A stretch of DNA of 64,000 bases, from positions 4,193-68,192 of the forward strand of contig JAZRHO010000043.1 of assembly GCA_045644805.1 (NCBI GenBank). The letters run 5' to 3'. Under the pieces are notes generated by a model that did not search any database, was not told the origin of the DNA, and saw nothing but the letters and a program-made list of their open reading frames with translations. The position numbers were made by a program, and so were the translations under genes. Origin of the DNA: Eubacteriales bacterium (GTDB taxonomy: Bacteria; Bacillota; Clostridia; Oscillospirales; CAG-272). Shown here piece after piece: positions 57,276-64,000 of this stretch (its first letter is position 1; each line of letters begins with the position of its first letter).

Positions 57276-57301
57276 CGCAAGGCGTTTTGCCTTGCGCTTT
57301 T
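57276..57301 (+). terminator. Intrinsic terminator
   Basis: cgcaaggc...gccttgcg followed by tttt. Confidence 0.7.
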
Positions 57302-57402
57302 CGCTTTTAGTAAAAAAATCCTAATTCGTGGAATTTGCTAACCAATATTGTCATTTTGATAGTTTTATGGTTTGATTTTCCTTTTAATCCATATCTTTTA
57401 CA

Positions 57403-57431
57403 TTGACGAAGAGTGTGGAAAAGTGTATAAT
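57403..57431 (+). promoter_or_regulatory. Sigma-A promoter of the cell wall hydrolase gene
   Basis: TTGACG-N17-TATAAT with TG extension. Confidence 0.8.
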
Positions 57432-57526
57432 TTTTGTATCAGAGCGATTTTGTCTCTTTTGATTCAACTCTTTTGATTCAATATGAGTTGAAAACGCTTT
57501 GATAATACATAAGGAAAGGAGAATAA

Positions 57527-58423
57527 ATGAAGCTTTTAAAAAGAATCAGTACAGCCGCGCTTTTATCAATGATCATATTTTTGAGCGTTACCCGTGTTCA
57601 TGTCAGCGCTGCTACTGTCAATATCACCAAGGAAGAACTTCAATATTTTGTCAGCATTAAGGAGAAAGATACAGGGAAACATCCCACCGTTGCATTGTAT
57701 CTTGGCAACCGTTCCATAAAAGAGAAAGCATATCTTATAAATGATACGACCTACATACCGCTTCGCACAACTACGGAAATAGCCGGTGCTACTGTTACAT
57801 ATAATGCAAATACCAGAACGGCTACCGTTACAATGGATGGACTTTATATGACCGTTACCGACGGATCGTATATCATTTATGCAAACGAGCGTCCTATTCT
57901 ATCTAAAACGCCGGCAGTAATACTTTCTGACGGTCGAATGTATGTACCCGTGCGCAGTATTGCTAAGGCACTCTCGCTTGATGTAGAGTGGCTTCCCAGC
58001 CGTGAAGTTATTCTTTCGGGTAATGCAACACCGCTTGTGCATGCCAAGAATTATTATCGTTATGACGAGCTTTTATGGCTTTCGCGTATTATCAGCGCCG
58101 AGAGTCAGGGAGAGTCGCTTATAGGTCAGATAGCCGTAGGAAACGTTGTTCTTAACAGAGTCGCTCACCGCGATTTCCCGAATAGCATATACGGTGTTAT
58201 TTTTGACCGCAAGCACGGTATTCAATTTACGCCGGTTGCGAACGGTACGATATATAACGAGCCTACCTACACTGCAACCTTAGCAGCGAAGATATGTCTT
58301 GAGGGTGTTTCTTTGAATTCTAACGTGCTCTTCTTTATGGAGCCTAATAAATCGACCTCGTCGTGGATTAAGAATAACCGCAAGTACGCTTTCAGCATTC
58401 AAAATCACGATTTTTATTATTAA
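57527..58423 (+). CDS. Secreted SleB-type (Hydrolase_2) cell wall hydrolase with copper-amine-oxidase N-terminal-like domain
   Basis: Signal peptide; TYIPLR/MYVPVR repeats; LSRIISAESQGE..GQIAVGNVVLNRV..FPNSI and QFTPV motifs. Confidence 0.88.
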   Translation: MKLLKRISTAALLSMIIFLSVTRVHVSAATVNITKEELQYFVSIKEKDTGKHPTVALYLGNRSIKEKAYLINDTTYIPLRTTTEIAGATVTYNANTRTATVTMDGLYMTVTDGSYIIYANERPILSKTPAVILSDGRMYVPVRSIAKALSLDVEWLPSREVILSGNATPLVHAKNYYRYDELLWLSRIISAESQGESLIGQIAVGNVVLNRVAHRDFPNSIYGVIFDRKHGIQFTPVANGTIYNEPTYTATLAAKICLEGVSLNSNVLFFMEPNKSTSSWIKNNRKYAFSIQNHDFYY

Positions 58424-58428
58424 GCTAT

Positions 58429-58478
58429 AGAAAAGCTGCTGCACAACGAAAAAAATGCGGTAGCTTTTCTCATTTTTT
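58429..58478 (+). terminator. Intrinsic terminator
   Basis: agaaaagctgc...gtagcttttct followed by a T-run. Confidence 0.6.
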
Positions 58479-58567
58479 AATTAATCACTTGCAAATTATA
58501 ATTCTGTATTGTATAATATTAGGTGTGATATTTACACTACAATTTTTCCGAAAGCGAGGAATTTTAT

Positions 58568-59119
58568 ATGATATACAGAATTAAAGTTGCAGGACTTGAA
58601 AGAGATCTTCCTCTTTGTCCGATAGGCGAAAATCTTAACATAGGAGCTTTCGTTCTTTTCGGCGATGTTGAACTGACGGAAAGGTGTGCCGAAGCACTTT
58701 ATGCAAAAGCTCCCGAGCATGACGTTATGATTACCGCGGAGTCCAAGGGCATACCGCTAATTCACGCAATGTGCCGCCTTTCGGGTAAAAACCGTTATGT
58801 TCTTGCACGCAAATCGGTTAAGCTTTACATGAAAGACGTTGTTGCTTGCGAAACTCAGTCGATAACTACGGCAGCTAAGCAGACGCTTTATATAGACGGA
58901 AACGATGCTGAATACATAAAGGGTAAGCGCGTTCTTATTGTCGATGACGTTATATCTACCGGCGGCTCGCTTGAGTCTCTTGAAAATCTTGTAAAGCAAT
59001 CGGGCGGTGAGATAGTAGGAAAAATGACTATCTTGGCGGAAGGTGACGCTACGGAGCGTGACGATATAATTTACCTCGAAAAGCTCCCGCTGTTCGACAG
59101 TAGGGGAAATGCTATTTAA
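58568..59119 (+). CDS. apt: Adenine phosphoribosyltransferase-like purine PRTase
   Basis: AESKGIPL, ARK and PRPP motif VLIVDDVISTGGS. Confidence 0.75.
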   Translation: MIYRIKVAGLERDLPLCPIGENLNIGAFVLFGDVELTERCAEALYAKAPEHDVMITAESKGIPLIHAMCRLSGKNRYVLARKSVKLYMKDVVACETQSITTAAKQTLYIDGNDAEYIKGKRVLIVDDVISTGGSLESLENLVKQSGGEIVGKMTILAEGDATERDDIIYLEKLPLFDSRGNAI

Positions 59120-59131
59120 TTTATTATGTTT

Positions 59132-59191
59132 TATACGGATAGTAAAAGGGCAGAGAATTTGTATGTTCTCTGCCCTTTTACTATCCGTATA
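59132..59191. terminator. Long perfect hairpin between convergent genes
   Basis: 26-bp arms at 59132-59157 and 59166-59191, 8-nt loop. Confidence 0.8.
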
Positions 59192-59297
59192 TTTAACATA
59201 CAACTATACGCCATAGCGACTATGTACATAGTTTCAAATAGATTATTGGAAGTTTTTAGTTCATAAAGCGAAAATGAAATTACAGTGCACTCTTTAA

Positions 59298-59963
59298 TCA
59301 AGCTTTTATTACTTCGTCGACTGCCTTTAGCATTTTTTCTTTTGTATCACTGTCAAGGTTTATAAACGACGTATCCTTGGGAATTGATCCGAACAGTCTC
59401 TTATAATGAGCAAGCGCGGAAAGTGAGCTTCCGATGTAATTTGGATGTATCATATCCTTATCGTATATGTCAATATCGGGATTTTGCTTTTTGAAAAGCG
59501 TGAATAGAGGTCCAACCTCTGTAATTTCTGCTGACAGTGTATTAGCAAGATTCCGATAAGCGTCGGTGAGCTTTGCTTCCATTTCATCACTTGTCATATT
59601 ATTTTCACTGAGCCAGGCGTGTCCATCCTTGTATCCCCATGTAGAGTATAGGATAACTCTATCCGCATTAACCCACTTTGAAACCTCGTTGAATCCGAAA
59701 GTGAAGGCAGAGTTATCTGTGATAGGAGTGTGACTTTGCTCTTGGAGTATAACTGCGTCATAATGATTTGTTTCTAAAAGCTTCTTTATTCTATTATGAT
59801 GCTCGTCACCGGCGGTAAGATTTTCAATCATGCGTCTTCCGCCTTTTATGACGGAATCCTGTGAGACGTCAATACCGTTTTGACGTGCCAGCTCTTCGAC
59901 CATTTTGGGAATGCCGAAGAAAAATGTGAAGCTGTTTCCAATAAATAAAATCTTCATTTTCAA
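59298..59963 (-). CDS. SGNH/GDSL hydrolase-like protein
   Basis: ILFIGNSFT, LQEQS and DMIHPN motifs. Confidence 0.85.
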   Translation of the reverse strand: MKMKILFIGNSFTFFFGIPKMVEELARQNGIDVSQDSVIKGGRRMIENLTAGDEHHNRIKKLLETNHYDAVILQEQSHTPITDNSAFTFGFNEVSKWVNADRVILYSTWGYKDGHAWLSENNMTSDEMEAKLTDAYRNLANTLSAEITEVGPLFTLFKKQNPDIDIYDKDMIHPNYIGSSLSALAHYKRLFGSIPKDTSFINLDSDTKEKMLKAVDEVIKA

Positions 59964-60150
59964 AATCTCCTAAAATAAATATTAACACCTAAAGTATAGC
60001 ATATATCATAAATTATTTCAACATAATTTTGTCTTGAATAATAACACTTTTGAAAATTTTCAATATGTTTTTCAATATTTTTAATCAGTTGCATTTTATC
60101 TGGGTGTATGATATAATTTACACGTAAATAATATTTTTTCGAGGTGCTTT

Positions 60151-61443
60151 ATGAACAGTACGGTAAGATACGAAAAAGAAATAAAAACCATAGGTCACTA
60201 TGATCTTGTCGTTCTCGGCGGCGGACCTGCAGGTGTTCCTGCGGCAATAGAAGCTGCAAGAGAGGGACTCAAGGTGTTGCTTGTTGAAGCTACGGGTATG
60301 CTTGGAGGTATGGCAACCGCGGCACTCGTCGGTCCTTTCATGACAAACTATGACAGAGAGGGTAACCGTCCTGTAGTGGGAGGTTTGTTCCGTGAGATAA
60401 TAGAGCGTCTGGCTTCGCGCTGTGGAGCAATTCTTCCTGAAAATCTCGACTCTCCTACTGTTTATACGTCCTTCATAGCTCGTTACCATCGTCACGTTAC
60501 TTCATTTGATTCCTTCCTTCTTCAAGTTGTGCTTGATGAGATGGTAAAGGAAGCCGGAGTTGACGTTATGCTTTATACACGCTTTGCAGATTGTATTATC
60601 GAAAATGGGGTGATTAAACACGTTATTCTCAACGCTCTTGAAGGACTTGTTTGCGTAGATGCTGAAGTTTTCATTGACGCGACGGGTAATGCCGATGTTG
60701 CACATGCTGCAGGGGTTCATACATGGAAGGGCGATGAATCAAGCGGCGTTCCTCAGCCGGGTACGCTTATGTTTGAGGTTGATAACGTTGAGGATGAAAA
60801 GTATGCAGCCTATGCTTCCCGTCCTACACAACCTATAAAGGCTTACCTATGCCCTGATAAGGGGACTTATAAGGTAAATCACCTAAGAGTTTTTGATACG
60901 GATGCTACCGATTCAAGAAGCATGACAAAGTCTCACATGGAAGCGAGGCTTCAGGTTATAGAGTCATATAACACTCTTAAGGAAACTCCCGGCTTTGAAA
61001 ATGCAAGACTATCTCAAGTCGCGCCCGTGCTCGGAGTACGCGAGAGCCGCCATATAGAAGGAAAATATAAAATAACCGTAGCCGACGTTTCAGGAGGAGT
61101 AAGATTTGAAGACCGAATAGCCGCATATGCCTTTGGAATGGACGTTCATCCCAGAAATTCCGAAATGAAGGGCAATTTCAGAATTGAAGTGGCAGAGGTA
61201 TATTATATTCCGTACAGAGCAATGCTTCCCGTCGGTTGCAATAATCTTATTGTGGCAGGTAAAACCGTAAGCTGCGAATCGCAGGCAGCAGGCGGTTTGC
61301 GTGTTATGCCGTGCGCGGCAGCCATGGGGCAGGCGGCAGGTGCCGCAGCTGCAATAGCAATAAAAGATAAGCTTTCGGTTGAATCTATATCAATAAAAAA
61401 GCTTCAGGATATGCTTTTGGCGCATGGCGCAATACTTGATTAA
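60151..61443 (+). CDS. FAD-dependent oxidoreductase
   Basis: GGGPAG, IDATGNADVA, VRESR and IPYRAMLP motifs. Confidence 0.9.
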   Translation: MNSTVRYEKEIKTIGHYDLVVLGGGPAGVPAAIEAAREGLKVLLVEATGMLGGMATAALVGPFMTNYDREGNRPVVGGLFREIIERLASRCGAILPENLDSPTVYTSFIARYHRHVTSFDSFLLQVVLDEMVKEAGVDVMLYTRFADCIIENGVIKHVILNALEGLVCVDAEVFIDATGNADVAHAAGVHTWKGDESSGVPQPGTLMFEVDNVEDEKYAAYASRPTQPIKAYLCPDKGTYKVNHLRVFDTDATDSRSMTKSHMEARLQVIESYNTLKETPGFENARLSQVAPVLGVRESRHIEGKYKITVADVSGGVRFEDRIAAYAFGMDVHPRNSEMKGNFRIEVAEVYYIPYRAMLPVGCNNLIVAGKTVSCESQAAGGLRVMPCAAAMGQAAGAAAAIAIKDKLSVESISIKKLQDMLLAHGAILD

Positions 61444-61470
61444 TCTTGGTTTACACATAAATTACACTTG

Positions 61471-61540
61471 TTATATAGAGGTACTGTGCTTTTTTGCACA
61501 ATACCTCTGTTTTTATTCGGTTATGCCCAAATACGACAGC
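61471..61540. repeat. Dispersed ~70-bp repeat, copy 2
   Basis: Matches 46301-46369. Confidence 0.9.
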
Positions 61541-61617
61541 TTCTTCCGCTTTTTCATAATATGTAAATCGGTTAAATTTCAATCTCTCAACCGAGAATAC
61601 AGCATCTTCAGTATAAC

Positions 61618-62409
61618 TTAAACTTGTATTATCAGACCGTCATATGCTACCTCGGCGCCAAACTGATGCGCGATTTTTACAGTTTCCTTGTGTGGTTTGT
61701 GTAAAGACGGGGCGAGGTGGGAGAGATAAATTTTTGTGCTCTCATCAATTGCACCGATAGTTTTAAGAGATGGAAGAAGAAGCCTTATCATAGGAATACT
61801 GTTGTGCTCGGCTATGCGAAAATCTCCGAGATAGTCGCCTGTAGTGCAGTCAAGCACAGCGAGAGAAAGCTTTGCTTTTTTCATAAATTGATAGGTTTCA
61901 TTGAGAAACCAACCGCCATCGCATCCGTAAAAGAATTTCTTTCCATCACGCTCAAAAATAAAGTGCTGAGGATAAGATTTTGGAGAATGATTTGCGGGCA
62001 TACCTATAACCGAAAATTCGTTGTTAATATCATACCGCTCGAATTTTTTCATTCTTATAATCTCAACGTTTTCCATATCATCGAAAACAGCATCTTCTCT
62101 TACGTAAAGACGAAGCGGCTCACCTCTGTCTTTAGCCGAGCTTTTTGCTATCTCCTCGATATTGTCTTTATTGAAATGATCTCTGTGAAAATGAGTTATA
62201 AGAATGTCAGTTATGACCCGTGTCGGTTTTTGCGCAATTCTTAATGAATCAAGCGCATGCAGTCCGCAGTCTATGAGAATGCTTTCATTCATCAAAACGC
62301 AAGAAGCGCGCCTTGCGTCAAAATCAAAGCAGTCCTTATATTCGTTTTCAAGCTTTGGAGAAAAATCGCAGGCACATGTGCCTAAAAATGTTAAACTAAA
62401 AGTACTCAT
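61618..62409 (-). CDS. MBL-fold metallo-hydrolase (PhnP-like)
   Basis: FLGT, IDCG, THFHRDH and YLSH motifs. Confidence 0.85.
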   Translation of the reverse strand: MSTFSLTFLGTCACDFSPKLENEYKDCFDFDARRASCVLMNESILIDCGLHALDSLRIAQKPTRVITDILITHFHRDHFNKDNIEEIAKSSAKDRGEPLRLYVREDAVFDDMENVEIIRMKKFERYDINNEFSVIGMPANHSPKSYPQHFIFERDGKKFFYGCDGGWFLNETYQFMKKAKLSLAVLDCTTGDYLGDFRIAEHNSIPMIRLLLPSLKTIGAIDESTKIYLSHLAPSLHKPHKETVKIAHQFGAEVAYDGLIIQV

Positions 62410-62442
62410 AAGATCACCGTCCGTTGCACTTCATTATATTTC

Positions 62443-62664
62443 CTAACGTTTTTTAAACAAATTAACTACGATATATATAATTATGATAACCAATAATATA
62501 ATTCCACAACCTACAAGTGTAGCTAAATCATAATCAATATTTTCACTTTCTGCACCGCAAGATCGGAATATGAAAAATCCTATTGCAAGTGCAAATAATG
62601 TAAACAATATTTCACAAATTATTTCTAAAATTCCGTATATAATACGTTTCTTTTGGCTTTTCAT
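62443..62664 (-). CDS. Small 2-TM membrane protein
   Basis: 73 aa with two hydrophobic segments; AT-rich. Confidence 0.6.
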   Translation of the reverse strand: MKSQKKRIIYGILEIICEILFTLFALAIGFFIFRSCGAESENIDYDLATLVGCGIILLVIIIIYIVVNLFKKR

Positions 62665-62703
62665 TTGAGCCCTTCTTATAATGAAAATTGTATAGATTTG
62701 TTT

Positions 62704-63345
62704 TTAATCAAGCAACTCTGTGAAAGTTTTAATATATCTGTCTGACTGCATCTGCATTTCATCAATATAATCTTTTGATGATTCATCGAAGATACCGTAT
62801 GAGATCATTCCGGCGGCTTTAGCTGTTTTTACCGCGTTAACGTTATCGTCAACGAAAATTATATCTTGAATAGGCTTTCCTATTCTTTGAGCCGCCATTT
62901 TATATATTTCGGGATTTGCTTTAGTTGTATTAAAATCGTCGCAGGACCAAATGTTAGTAAAAAGCTCCCATATACCGTTTCGCTTTAAGCACGGATCTAA
63001 AGCTGCATGCGGACTTGCGGTAAGTATGTTTAAATCCGCACCGCGTTTTTTCAGTTCTTTAAGCGTTTCGGTTACACCTTCCTTAGCGATAATGTGCAAT
63101 GAATAATCTTCTTTTGCATATCTATGCATTGTTTCAACCAGGCGTTCTGTTGGAGTTGATATACCAAGTGTACGGTAATACTCTGCGGTGCCTTGATAGC
63201 CGAGAGGCGTTATGATTTTTATAATTTCATTATCGTATTTTATTCCATGCTCATCGAGTATTCGGAGCATAACAGAAATATATGAAGGCATTGAATCAAC
63301 CAGCGTTCCGTCAAAATCGAATAAATACGTTTCATTAATTTTCAT
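62704..63345 (-). CDS. HAD family phosphatase
   Basis: FDFDGTLVDS, K.NPEIY and FVDD motifs. Confidence 0.9.
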   Translation of the reverse strand: MKINETYLFDFDGTLVDSMPSYISVMLRILDEHGIKYDNEIIKIITPLGYQGTAEYYRTLGISTPTERLVETMHRYAKEDYSLHIIAKEGVTETLKELKKRGADLNILTASPHAALDPCLKRNGIWELFTNIWSCDDFNTTKANPEIYKMAAQRIGKPIQDIIFVDDNVNAVKTAKAAGMISYGIFDESSKDYIDEMQMQSDRYIKTFTELLD

Positions 63346-63437
63346 TTGTTATTTTCTTTCCTTTACATAAAACTGATAATAAACGATTGATACCGGGTAA
63401 TTGTATTATCCGTGTGTATCAATCAATTTGAATTTCG

Positions 63438-64000
63438 TCAATATCCTATATTGCCTTTTGAATATTTTTCGGGTGCGAAGTTTTCAATATTGACGTATGA
63501 AGGCGAGATCGAAAGCTCATCGCAGATAAGAGATATGACTTTGCCTCCTATAATTTCCGTACCCTTATCTGTATAATAGTGAACAGCGTCACTATGGCAC
63601 TCTTCGGGAAGGGAGGCGGTCAAGGCATAAAGATCGTTGATAACAGTGTCGGTACCGGCAAGTGCTTTTATCGCTGCTTTATTATATTTTTGGATAATAC
63701 TGTTATGGCGTCTGAAGTTTGGATTGCATCGTTCTTCTAAAACAGCGGTTGAAGTAGCGAAAACAATTTTTGCCTTAGGAAAAAGCATACGCAGTCGTTT
63801 ATCAATTCTTGCTACTGTGCTCTCATAGTGCTCAACCGTGCAAAGCGGATCATCACCGAAAAGCTCGATAACGTCCCATAATCCTGCATTCCAATGAACA
63901 AGATCTATATCGTCAGTCCATTCACCCTTTTCCTTCCATTCATGAACAAATCTAAGAACATATGAGGAAAATCTGCAATTTTCACTTGGATAATAAACCT
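63438..64000 (-). CDS. SGNH/GDSL hydrolase, 5'-truncated by the window edge
   Basis: Frame open to the edge: ENCRFS..HWNAGLWD..FATST..YN..DAVHY. Confidence 0.85.
   Translation of the reverse strand, partial: VYYPSENCRFSSYVLRFVHEWKEKGEWTDDIDLVHWNAGLWDVIELFGDDPLCTVEHYESTVARIDKRLRMLFPKAKIVFATSTAVLEERCNPNFRRHNSIIQKYNKAAIKALAGTDTVINDLYALTASLPEECHSDAVHYYTDKGTEIIGGKVISLICDELSISPSYVNIENFAPEKYSKGNIGY

Noticed and set aside
1-64000. tRNA, rRNA, IS transposases and known defence systems
   Set aside because: None were recognised. Intergenic gaps show no cloverleaf signatures and no ORF has transposase or recombinase motifs.

Overview
Chromosomal window from a low-GC Clostridia-type Firmicute (inferred from gene content and sigma-A/RBS signals). 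Most of it is housekeeping: luxS/mtnN, glyQS, mtaB, hpt, rpmH-rnpA-yidD-yidC-jag-mnmE, yggS-sepF-lspA-rluD, hisS, pcrA, ylmH, an RsmF-family gene and an apt-like gene. There is also an MBOAT/SGNH surface O-acylation cluster and a sugar-catabolism block. The main finding is an apparently intact ~14 kb minus-strand operon at 13376-27397. It encodes a podovirus-like DNA-packaging particle: TerS, TerL, portal, scaffold, decoration protein, major capsid, adaptor, an LRR-containing nozzle, fibre-like proteins and three membrane proteins. I could not recognise any integrase, repressor, replication gene, endolysin, tape measure or att repeat, and the operon has its own promoter, structured leader and terminators. 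This makes it a candidate domesticated gene-transfer-agent-like system. Other oddities: rpmH has no neighbouring dnaA or DnaA boxes, two identically spaced pairs of DnaA-box-like 11-mers lie upstream of pcrA, and a ~70 bp dispersed repeat carries a covarying hairpin and an antisense micro-ORF. All calls come from motif recognition by eye; no searches or computations were run.
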